From a virus (taxonomy: Duplodnaviria; Caudoviricetes): DNA of 57,570 nucleotides. Every line of letters begins with the position of its first letter. Position 1 is the first letter of the stretch. Location of the stretch: IMG/VR virus record IMGVR_UViG_3300023214_000231, positions 1 through 57,570 of that record; one strand, 5' to 3'. Below the pieces are notes generated by a model. That model was not told the DNA's origin. It did no database searches and saw only the letters and a program-made list of their open reading frames with translations. Positions 36,605 to 43,997 of the stretch are shown here, piece after piece. The position numbers and the translations under genes are program-made.

Positions 36605-36716
36605 CGCGGGGGGGAGGAATCGAACCTCCCCGCCTTTGCGTCGCATCATTTGGGCCCAGCCAGACCGGACCGGTCCGAATCTGGCCTTCGTGCGACAGGC
36701 GGCCGTGGTCCCCCGC
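36605..36716 (-). ncRNA. tRNA-like RNA lacking a D-arm, with a long branched arm
   Basis: Perfect 7-bp acceptor GCGGGGG/CCCCCGC, T-arm GGAGG-TTCGATT-CCTCC, helices CCGCCT/AGGCGG, GTCGCA/TGCGAC and GCCAGA/TCTGGC. Confidence 0.6.
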
Positions 36717-36862
36717 AGCGGGGCCGTCGATCCCAGTACGCCGAGTTTGGATCCGCGGAAACGGAGCGTTCAAGGCATGCTGAGCGGCCCGGTGACGTCA
36801 CCCCCGGGTGCTCTGGCCCCAACTGCCCTCAAGGGGCCGCCCCAAGGGGGCTTCGAAGCGAA

Positions 36863-36935
36863 TTGCGCGGGGGGGACTCGAACCCCCGACCTCTGGAATA
36901 TGAACCCAGCGAGCTACCAACTGCTCCACCACGCG
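36863..36935 (-). tRNA. tRNA-Met(CAT), initiator type, no encoded CCA
   Basis: CGCGTGGTGGAGCAGTTGGTAGCTCGCTGGGTTCATATTCCAGAGGTCGGGGGTTCGAGTCCCCCCCGCGCAA folds as a cloverleaf with C1:A72 mismatch. Confidence 0.9.
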
Positions 36936-36940
36936 GCGTC

Positions 36941-36969
36941 ACAGTACCATCGGATCCGCAGGTAGTCCA
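36941..36969 (-). promoter_or_regulatory. Sigma70-like promoter of the tRNA/ncRNA locus
   Basis: TGGACT-N17-TACTGT with extended -10, 5 nt upstream of the tRNA 5' end. Confidence 0.55.
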
Positions 36970-36970
36970 G

Positions 36971-36986
36971 TGTTCCACGGGGAACG
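36971..36986. promoter_or_regulatory. parS-like palindrome
   Basis: TGTTCCACGGGGAACG, 14/16 to TGTTCCACGTGGAACA; intergenic. Confidence 0.4.
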
Positions 36987-37036
36987 CCCCGGCGCTCCCC
37001 TGTAAAATCGCACATAAACCATTATCGGTCATAGAC

Positions 37037-37324
37037 TTAGCCACCAGCGAGGGCGTCGGACGCGGCGGCGCGGACCTCTTCGCAGAACCGCTCGGCGTCG
37101 GCGGCCGGCAGGTGAAGCTCGTCCACGAGCACGGGGCCCTCGGCGTCCTCCTCGGCCTCCGCGATGATCTCCCGGGCACGCCAGTCGGCGACACCAAGCT
37201 CGAGCAACGCGTCTAGCGAGAGACCCCGCCGGGGCCGGTCCAGGTACCTCCGCACGAGAACGCACGGGACCGGATCACCATCGCAGGCGGAGATCTCCAG
37301 CCGATCACCCTTGGCCGTCCTCAC
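37037..37324 (-). CDS. Hypothetical protein
   Basis: GTGA-coupled start with GGAGG RBS: MRTAKGDRLEISAC... Confidence 0.6.
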   Translation of the reverse strand: MRTAKGDRLEISACDGDPVPCVLVRRYLDRPRRGLSLDALLELGVADWRAREIIAEAEEDAEGPVLVDELHLPAADAERFCEEVRAAASDALAGG

Positions 37325-37947
37325 GACGGCACCTCCACGACGCCCAGGCCACGCTCCCAGCGACGCCAGTACCTGCCGCCGACCGAGGCCGCCCAGCCCG
37401 GCAGGTCTTGTGTCCGGGCCTCTGGGGGCACCGGCAGCTTGTGAGTCGAGAGAACCATCGATCCGGGGGGCGGGACCGGATCGCCCGGATCGGCCGGCCG
37501 CCACATCGTCTGGATCGGCCGCTGGTCCTGGAGCCCGAAGATCACCAGCCCCCGGCCCTCTTCGGCCAGACGCCGAAGCGGCGGGCAGACCCGGATCGCG
37601 TACGCGAGACAAGGCCCGCAGACCCACGGCTGGTGGACCACCGCCATCTGGACACCGTTCAGCGTGATCAGCTTTGGTGTGCGCGGCACACAGACCATGA
37701 GGTCCCCGCCGGCCCCGCAGACGTGGCACCACTGCTCCACAACGCAGCGACGCTGCTTCTCCTCGTCGTACTTGCCGAAGTCGGGGCCGCCGCTCTCGCC
37801 CTCCCAGACGGTCATGAGGTCGAAGCCGTCCCACGTCGATGGGGCGAGAGCAATGCGGCCCACGCGGTGATCGGCGACTACCCTCGGAACAGGCAGGCCC
37901 CCGAGGAACGGCAGGTGGCTCAGGTGCGCGGGGACGTTGCTCGGCAT
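37321..37947 (-). CDS. Conserved phage hypothetical, probable Zn-binding
   Basis: GLPVP, PDFG..D..QRRC..WCHVCG, PWVCGPCLAYAIRVCP; AGGAG RBS. Confidence 0.7.
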   Translation of the reverse strand: MPSNVPAHLSHLPFLGGLPVPRVVADHRVGRIALAPSTWDGFDLMTVWEGESGGPDFGKYDEEKQRRCVVEQWCHVCGAGGDLMVCVPRTPKLITLNGVQMAVVHQPWVCGPCLAYAIRVCPPLRRLAEEGRGLVIFGLQDQRPIQTMWRPADPGDPVPPPGSMVLSTHKLPVPPEARTQDLPGWAASVGGRYWRRWERGLGVVEVPS

Positions 37948-38291
37948 ATCCGCTTCTCCTTCGGGCGAGCCTTCACGCCGACCGGCCGATAGACATCTTC
38001 GGCGTCAAACTGGCACTCCCGAATCTTGTCGATGCACAGGTAATACCGCTTGCCAAGTTGGGATGAGCCCGGGGGCCGCTCGGTGACGGACCGAATGAGC
38101 CCGCGACGCCTCAGAACAACGATCCCGCGCTCGGTATGCACGCTGCTCAGGCCGCACGCGTCGGCGATGATCCGGGGCACGATCAACTGGCCCTCGTGAG
38201 CCCAGATCGTCAGCAGGATCAGCTTCTGAGATCCCGCGCCGATCGGCGTATGCGACGGGTACGGTCGCTTGGCAGTCAAACACACACCCAT
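37920..38291 (-). CDS. Winged-helix DNA-binding protein
   Basis: SQKLILLTIW..IIADACGLSSVHTERGIVVLRRRGLI. Confidence 0.6.
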   Translation of the reverse strand: MGVCLTAKRPYPSHTPIGAGSQKLILLTIWAHEGQLIVPRIIADACGLSSVHTERGIVVLRRRGLIRSVTERPPGSSQLGKRYYLCIDKIRECQFDAEDVYRPVGVKARPKEKRICRATSPRT

Positions 38292-38381
38292 GACCAGCGG
38301 CAGCTTGGTGAAGTTGGCGGTCAGGCGAGCGGGCACACGCCTATATGGCCACGAGCCCAAGGCGTGAGCAAGCCCGCGCAG

Positions 38382-38411
38382 AAAAAAAGCCCCGGGCAAC
38401 GCATCCGGGGC
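38382..38411 (-). terminator. Rho-independent terminator
   Basis: GCCCCGG-loop-CCGGGGC then TTTTTTT. Confidence 0.85.
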
Positions 38412-38439
38412 CTAGAGAAAGGGGTCCGGGACGATCTTA

Positions 38440-38751
38440 TCAGACAGCAAGACCGACTGCGGCGATCCGAAGCGAGCGAGCGATGGTCGCGAGCACGCGG
38501 GAGTCAACCTGATCGGCCTGCTCCACCGCGCCGGCCGCGGCCTTCAGAGCGACATTGTCGCGTTCGGCCTCCAGGGCCTGATCAAAGCCGGGCTCCCCGA
38601 CGGCGAGCGACAGGGCGTCGGCGCGATGGGCGGCGTACTCGGCGAGTTCACTGGCGGCAGCGCCCAGCGAGACACCGACTGCGGCGGCGTTATCGATGAT
38701 TATGTCTGCCAGATCGCGGCCCATGATTTCGAGGGACTCAGACTTCTCCAT
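38440..38751 (-). CDS. Helical Ala-rich hypothetical protein
   Basis: GGAG RBS before MEKSES; an upstream start at 38868 is possible. Confidence 0.6.
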   Translation of the reverse strand: MEKSESLEIMGRDLADIIIDNAAAVGVSLGAAASELAEYAAHRADALSLAVGEPGFDQALEAERDNVALKAAAGAVEQADQVDSRVLATIARSLRIAAVGLAV

Positions 38752-38915
38752 GGCGTTCTCCAGGGGGTTCGCAGAGCGACACCCGTCGCGGATACCCGCG
38801 CCTGCGGCGTGCTCGATGATCGCGTCGATTGGGCTCACAGAGGAACCCGACGTCGGTTCATTGGTCATGCTTCAATCCAGGAATGTTCACGGGGGGCGGG
38901 ACGGGGCTCGGCGTC

Positions 38916-39344
38916 TCAATCGGCCACGCCTCGCTCGGCTACGCGAGTGAGGGCGGCCTCCATATTTCGGACGCGCTCCAACAGAGACTCGCGGACGCCT
39001 GGGCCGATCTCTCCAGCGGCCAGCTTCGCGTCGATCCCTCGCAGCGCCAGCGTCTCGATGGCGGGCCAGAGCGGAACCGCCCGGACGATGACCGCGTTTC
39101 GGTCGTTCATCCCCAGGGCCTCGAAGAAAACAGCGACGTCCTCGCTGGCGGCCTCTTGCTCGATCGGATCGAGCGTCTCCACGCCAGCGGCGACATCCGA
39201 TCGGAGGCCGGGAGAGATCTCGCCCAGGGCGGGCACAAGCACGTTGTCCCGGGCGCGGTTGCCGGCGCAACCCGGCTGGGCGAGCGACGCGACCACGAGG
39301 GCCAGGACGGAGAGGGCAGTCAGAACGGGCGAAAGCGTTCGCAT
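38916..39344 (-). CDS. Putative lipoprotein
   Basis: Signal-like MRTLSPVLTALSVLALVVASLAQPG|C; GGAG RBS. Confidence 0.65.
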   Translation of the reverse strand: MRTLSPVLTALSVLALVVASLAQPGCAGNRARDNVLVPALGEISPGLRSDVAAGVETLDPIEQEAASEDVAVFFEALGMNDRNAVIVRAVPLWPAIETLALRGIDAKLAAGEIGPGVRESLLERVRNMEAALTRVAERGVAD

Positions 39345-39382
39345 GGGTTGAACTCCAGTCGGGTCAGGGAAACAGGGAGAGA

Positions 39383-39634
39383 TCAGGCATTCGCAGCGGC
39401 CGCGGGCACCGCATCGCGGACGCCGAACGCCTTGAGAAGCGAGCGGCCGACCGAGTACGCAGCCTCGAGCCCGGCGACGATCACCAGGGCGGTCTCCTCG
39501 GTGATGGCGACGTCGAGGCCGAACTGCTGGAGCAGCAACGCCCCAAGCACCAGGGCCTGCACGATCGTCTTGCCCCGGAACTCGGACGTCTGGACGCCGG
39601 GTCGCATCGCGTGCATTTTGGTGATATCGGACAT
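39383..39634 (-). CDS. Holin-like membrane protein (2 TM)
   Basis: RPGVQTSEF..TM..TM..AYSVGRSLLK pattern seen in small phage holin-like proteins; GGAGG RBS. Confidence 0.6.
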   Translation of the reverse strand: MSDITKMHAMRPGVQTSEFRGKTIVQALVLGALLLQQFGLDVAITEETALVIVAGLEAAYSVGRSLLKAFGVRDAVPAAAANA

Positions 39635-39656
39635 TGGGACCTCCATCCGCCGGCCG

Positions 39657-39749
39657 CTACCACAGGGCCACGGACGCGGCGAAGCCCCCGAGCACGAGCC
39701 CGAGCACAAGCCCGACGCAGAACCTCGACCACCAAGAGCGGGACGGCAT
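39657..39749 (-). CDS. 30-aa single-TM peptide
   Basis: Hand translation MPSRSWWSRFCVGLVLGLVLGGFAASVALW*. Confidence 0.35.
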   Translation of the reverse strand: MPSRSWWSRFCVGLVLGLVLGGFAASVALW

Positions 39750-39846
39750 ATCGGACACGAGAGTACCCCCATCGGAGAATTGAGGAAACCCCCGCGCGGC
39801 AGTTCGGAGCCGTCGCGGGGGCTGGAGGGTCCTGAAAAATGGCGGA

Positions 39847-40038
39847 TCAGCGACGAAGCTCGGCCATGACAGCCTCGGCCTCGGCGCGGTGCTCGACCAC
39901 CCCGGAGAGCGGGCCGTCAGCGTCCGAGCCGGAGGTCAGAAACCCGACGGAGCACAGGGCTGCGAGAAGAACACCAGCAAGAATGCCAGTGACGAGAAAG
40001 GCTCGGGCAGGGACGTTGTTGCTGGTGCGGTCGTTCAT
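39847..40038 (-). CDS. Small single-TM protein
   Basis: AAGGAG RBS; AFLVTGILAGVLLAALCSVGFL. Confidence 0.6.
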   Translation of the reverse strand: MNDRTSNNVPARAFLVTGILAGVLLAALCSVGFLTSGSDADGPLSGVVEHRAEAEAVMAELRR

Positions 40039-40255
40039 GGCAGGCTCCTTCATAGATGACACCAGTAGTTTCGGATACGAACCGGGGCAACGCCAGCCGT
40101 TGGGGATCGCTTTGCCCGGCGAAATTCACGCCCGACGATCCAAGCGGTACAGACGTCACAACCGGACCCGATCGCGGGGGCCGCTCGAGCACGATTGTCC
40201 GGGCGCAGCCGCCCAGGGCCACAGAGAGCGACGCAAGGGCCAGGACTTGGATCAT
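39917..40255 (-). CDS. Putative lipoprotein
   Basis: MIQVLALASLSVALGG|C lipobox; GGAGG RBS; 3' part overlaps the next gene. Confidence 0.6.
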   Translation of the reverse strand: MIQVLALASLSVALGGCARTIVLERPPRSGPVVTSVPLGSSGVNFAGQSDPQRLALPRFVSETTGVIYEGACHERPHQQQRPCPSLSRHWHSCWCSSRSPVLRRVSDLRLGR

Positions 40256-40297
40256 GACATGTCCTCCCGGGGAACCTCGTCACGGGACTCCAGCCGG

Positions 40298-40792
40298 TCA
40301 GCCGTCTCCCGGACCGGAGACCGGGCGCTCCCAGTCAAACCGCATCGAATCATTCGCGCGGCGCATCGTCACCAGAGCCCACGACAGCTTCTCGGTCGGC
40401 TGCTCCTCACAGAGGGCCTTTAGCCACCCGGGGCGATTTGGCGCGGTTTCCATCGTCCACTCCTGCCACGAGGCGAACAGAAGGTGGATCAGTTCATGCA
40501 CGGCAACCTGCTCCGAATCAACCAAGTCATCATCGGGATGCCGCTCGCTAATGCGCATAAAACCGATCGTCGCCCGAAGTTTGGCCAAGTTGAAGCTGCA
40601 CCATCCGAGCGACCCTTCATGCTCGGCTCGATGAAACTCCAGAACATCGATTGTCCAGTGCGTAAGGCCAAGCTGGCGTGCCCACCACTCAACAACCGTC
40701 GCACACCTCTCGATCGAAAGGCCACGCGACTCGGACGGGAGGTGATCGCGGTTCACCGCGGGCAGGGTCTCGGTGCGAACTTCCTGTTTCAT
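40298..40792 (-). CDS. HExxH metallopeptidase-like protein
   Basis: WWARQLGLTHWTIDV...VAVHELIHL...EE. Confidence 0.7.
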   Translation of the reverse strand: MKQEVRTETLPAVNRDHLPSESRGLSIERCATVVEWWARQLGLTHWTIDVLEFHRAEHEGSLGWCSFNLAKLRATIGFMRISERHPDDDLVDSEQVAVHELIHLLFASWQEWTMETAPNRPGWLKALCEEQPTEKLSWALVTMRRANDSMRFDWERPVSGPGDG

Positions 40793-41007
40793 ATAAACTC
40801 GTCCTCTTCGTCTTCAGAGGGACCGGCGGTCATGTTCCCGCACTCGGGACACTCCTGGCACTCCTCGTCCACAATGGACGCGGGCCAGACAGAAACGTGC
40901 TCATGGGCGCACATCCGACATACCAGAGCGCCGCTGCACCACTCGGTGCCATCGGGGCACGGCTCGCTCGGCGGATGATCTCCGCCGCAGCCGTCACACA
41001 TTGCCAT
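40789..41007 (-). CDS. Small Zn-finger protein
   Basis: AAGGAG RBS; CDGC..H, CRMC, CPECG. Confidence 0.65.
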   Translation of the reverse strand: MAMCDGCGGDHPPSEPCPDGTEWCSGALVCRMCAHEHVSVWPASIVDEECQECPECGNMTAGPSEDEEDEFI

Positions 41008-41758
41008 CGGATAGCTCCTTTGCAACCGTTCTGAGTCTCTGATTCGCCTTCTTGACATACTCGGCCGACCGCTCCAGGCCCACGAACCGCCGGCCCATGC
41101 GAAGGCACTCGACGCCGAGCGAGCCAGAGCCGGCGAAGCCATCGACCACGAGGTCGCCGCGGGCGCTCCACCCGAGCACGATTCGCTGAAGCAACTCGGG
41201 AGGCAACTGGGCGGGGTGCCAGCCGACGCGGTCCGTGCTCGTCCCCTGGAGCCTGCGAAACCGCCAGACCCGTCCAGGGACACGCCCTTGCGGGTCGGCG
41301 CGCTTGTCGCCCATGTCCTGCCGCACCGAGCGAACCCGGATCGCGTCCATGTCTCGATACACCGGGCCGCGGTCATTTGCATGGACGACGATGAGCCGAA
41401 AGTCCGAGGTGAGGTCGTGGCGCTGGTACTGCGCGAACGCCTCCTCCCAGACGATGAGATACAGCCTGGGACCGATCGCGGACTCCATCATCGGGCCAAG
41501 CCACTCGAGATGCCCCGCTGGCACCACCCACCAGCAGGTCCCGCCGGGCGCAAGCACCCTCGCATGATGGCGGAGGGCCTTCTGGCAGAGCAGGCGATAC
41601 TTTGAATCGGGCAGCCGGTCGCCCGAGCCGTCGCCCGCGTAATCAACCCCGATGTTGTACGGGGGATCGGCGAGAACCACACGCGCCCCACCGGGCGAGT
41701 CTGGGACCTGCGGCGCAGACAGGTAGTCGTGCCGGCGAACCTCAGCCTCGGGCGGCAT
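40994..41758 (-). CDS. N6-A/N4-C DNA methyltransferase (beta class)
   Basis: ADPPYNIG, HPAQLPPELL, VVDGFAGSGS. Confidence 0.9.
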   Translation of the reverse strand: MPPEAEVRRHDYLSAPQVPDSPGGARVVLADPPYNIGVDYAGDGSGDRLPDSKYRLLCQKALRHHARVLAPGGTCWWVVPAGHLEWLGPMMESAIGPRLYLIVWEEAFAQYQRHDLTSDFRLIVVHANDRGPVYRDMDAIRVRSVRQDMGDKRADPQGRVPGRVWRFRRLQGTSTDRVGWHPAQLPPELLQRIVLGWSARGDLVVDGFAGSGSLGVECLRMGRRFVGLERSAEYVKKANQRLRTVAKELSDGNV

Positions 41759-42137
41759 TGGCGATCTCCCTCGCGTTGAAGCCAACCACATCGACCACGA
41801 GATCGAGCGCGTCAAAGTCTTCGGAAACCACCTGGAACCGGCCAGACTTCTCGATCAGCGACGTCTCGGATCTGGCGAACGCGACGACCGCCGCCGTCTT
41901 GGAAACGCCGTAGACGGGAAAGCCATCGCCCTCACGCTCGGAATCGAAAGCCTCCCGGGCCAGCGCCTCGATGGTGAAGCGGCCCTCGTCGTCGGCGACG
42001 CGCTCGATGGCAGCGGCGATCGCCTCGACGTCGGCGAACGAAACGCGATGGACGTACCCAACGCCGCTGCGAGGCACGACGTGCCGGCAGAGTTTGCGCG
42101 ATCCATCGTCAACAGTGAAGAACTCATGTCGCGGCAT
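41742..42137 (-). CDS. Conserved hypothetical (wHTH-like), resembling Phycisphaerae proteins
   Basis: LCRHVVPRSGVGYVHRVS..VEAIAAAIE..FTIEALA pattern recalled from planctomycete hypotheticals; unverified. Confidence 0.6.
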   Translation of the reverse strand: MPRHEFFTVDDGSRKLCRHVVPRSGVGYVHRVSFADVEAIAAAIERVADDEGRFTIEALAREAFDSEREGDGFPVYGVSKTAAVVAFARSETSLIEKSGRFQVVSEDFDALDLVVDVVGFNAREIANAARG

Positions 42138-42196
42138 ACCGATCCTCCGCCACCACCTTCGCATACGATACCAACGAATGCAAGTCTCTTGTCGGC

Positions 42197-42646
42197 TTAT
42201 TCGCTCGCGCCAGCGATATTCAGGGCCGCAAACTCTGGCGGGTAAAGCTCCACGCCACCTCCGAACAGGCCCAGCGTCCCCTTGCGCGAGATCGGCACCA
42301 TCCACTCGGCGACGAACGGACGGCCGGAGTTGATCTTGCGCAGGCACACGGCGAACAGCGTTGCCTCCGCGGGGCACAGGCGGGCCAAGCGGTCCGGGAG
42401 CGTCGAAGTGATCACGAGCACCCGATCGGGGCAGGACTCATCGCGCAGGCGGATCGGCCGCTTGACGATCTTGCCGGACCAGAACATCCAGGCATCGCGG
42501 AGATCGCAGCCGGTGAGCCGCGACACAGCGAGCCGCTGATCGCTGACGAACTCCAGCACGACACGCTCAGGATCGGTGCCGGCCCAGCCCTCAACAGAGA
42601 ACGGAACACCACGGAAGAAACGATACGGCTGATCGGTCGTGTTCAT
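42197..42646 (-). CDS. Hypothetical protein
   Basis: AAGGAG RBS before MNTTDQPY. Confidence 0.6.
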   Translation of the reverse strand: MNTTDQPYRFFRGVPFSVEGWAGTDPERVVLEFVSDQRLAVSRLTGCDLRDAWMFWSGKIVKRPIRLRDESCPDRVLVITSTLPDRLARLCPAEATLFAVCLRKINSGRPFVAEWMVPISRKGTLGLFGGGVELYPPEFAALNIAGASE

Positions 42647-42748
42647 GGCGAGAACTCCTTCGCCAGGAACATCGAATCCAAAACGTACGCGGCCCACCCG
42701 AAGGGAAGTTCATGGGTGGGCCGCGCGCACTTGGGGCGGGTGTACGGG

Positions 42749-43600
42749 TTATACGGCCGCGTCGCGGAATACTAGCACATTATCGGGCAGGTTGGCGTCG
42801 GCGATCATGGACACGATCTCGTTGCGGGCGGCCTGGCGGGCGGACGTGATCTGTCCCTCCAGCGGACGAAGAAAGAACTTCTTGGTCTTCGGCACGACGC
42901 GGACCGCACACCGGATCGGAACTTCGTAAGCAAACTGGTCGGTCGCCAACACCTCAAACACGGGAGTCTTTAGCGTGACTACCTCGGGGATATTCTCGTC
43001 CACGCCGGAAACGCTCGCCTCGACCTCAAGGTCAATGGTCTCGTTACCGTGGCCTATCGACGAACCGCCCTGCGCGCCGTCGCGGAACTTGAGCTTGCGG
43101 ATGATCGGCAGGAACGATTCGGGCGTCACGCGATCGGGGAATTCCGACCTCAGAATCCATTCCAGAAAGGACTGATCCAAGTCCTCCAGGGCCCCGTTCT
43201 CAATCGACGTCATGGACGCGACGGTCTTGAGATGAAGCACCACCGCATCGGTACGATCGCCGCGCTCATCGATAACGGCCGTCACCCGATCGTCGCCGAC
43301 GAAGATCCGGCACGCAGCCGAAACATCCTCCGCCCCGAAAGCACGGACCTGCTTGATCGATGCCAGATCACGAACTGTGTCGATGAGCCCAGAGACACTC
43401 AGGGCGGTGTAGCGACGCGGCGGGACATACGGCGGGTTGCCAAGCTGGCCGTTCTCGTCGAGAAAGAACCGACGGTGGTCGTTCGGGTCCGGGGCGTCGA
43501 GGAACTTCGGGTCGGACGCGGCCATCGCCAGCATCGCAACCTGCTCCACGGCAGAGCGGTCCTCGAGCACCTCAAGCTCGTTGAATGATTCATCGTTCAT
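42749..43600 (-). CDS. DUF2303/YfdQ-like phage protein
   Basis: SVSGLID, VTAVIDE, LDQSFL, IPEVVTLKTPVFE; paired with the upstream small gene. Confidence 0.6.
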   Translation of the reverse strand: MNDESFNELEVLEDRSAVEQVAMLAMAASDPKFLDAPDPNDHRRFFLDENGQLGNPPYVPPRRYTALSVSGLIDTVRDLASIKQVRAFGAEDVSAACRIFVGDDRVTAVIDERGDRTDAVVLHLKTVASMTSIENGALEDLDQSFLEWILRSEFPDRVTPESFLPIIRKLKFRDGAQGGSSIGHGNETIDLEVEASVSGVDENIPEVVTLKTPVFEVLATDQFAYEVPIRCAVRVVPKTKKFFLRPLEGQITSARQAARNEIVSMIADANLPDNVLVFRDAAV

Positions 43601-43967
43601 CTTCGGGAACCTCCTCGCCGGTGGTTCGATCGACGCCGGCCTCGTCGAGCGTCCGCTGGCGGACGTTGTCGCCGGACGCGGGGTTGAACACAAGCTGGCC
43701 CTGCGGGCGCACGCCCATGCTCAGGGGCTTGGAGTGAGACTTCGGAAGGTCGGCGCCGGTGACCACCTCGATCGTCACCTCATGGCAGAGGCCGTCCTCG
43801 TCGGTCATAGGCTCGACCTCGAAGGTGACATTTACCTTCCGCTTGCGAGCGACACCAGGGCGATTGGAGCAATCAGAGATCGCCGTCTTGAGCGCCTTGT
43901 CGATGTGGGCGGCGGCCCGGCCGTCGTCAAGTTCGGCGATATCCTGGACCTTGAACTGCTTGAGCAT
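43590..43967 (-). CDS. YfdP-like partner of the DUF2303-like protein
   Basis: LDDGRAAAHIDKAL..DC..RP...KRKVNVTFEVEP; GGAGG RBS. Confidence 0.6.
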   Translation of the reverse strand: MLKQFKVQDIAELDDGRAAAHIDKALKTAISDCSNRPGVARKRKVNVTFEVEPMTDEDGLCHEVTIEVVTGADLPKSHSKPLSMGVRPQGQLVFNPASGDNVRQRTLDEAGVDRTTGEEVPEDER

Positions 43968-43997
43968 GGGAACCTCCGGGGTCTCGTATGCAACAGG

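Noticed and set aside
36605-36716. tmRNA or tRNA-Sec gene
   Set aside because: No G3:U70, tag ORF or pseudoknots for tmRNA; no UCA anticodon arm or D-stem for tRNA-Sec
37012-37028. ACATAA-ACCA-TTATCGG as a dif/Xer site
   Set aside because: Arms are separated by 4 nt rather than 6, the XerD arm is poor and no recombinase is seen; it may still be a protein-binding inverted repeat
36050-37216. ORFs crossing the RNA locus (5' part of 36050-36649, 36246-36965, 36578-37216)
   Set aside because: R/P/G-rich, overlap a clear tRNA and lack RBS; better explained as non-coding
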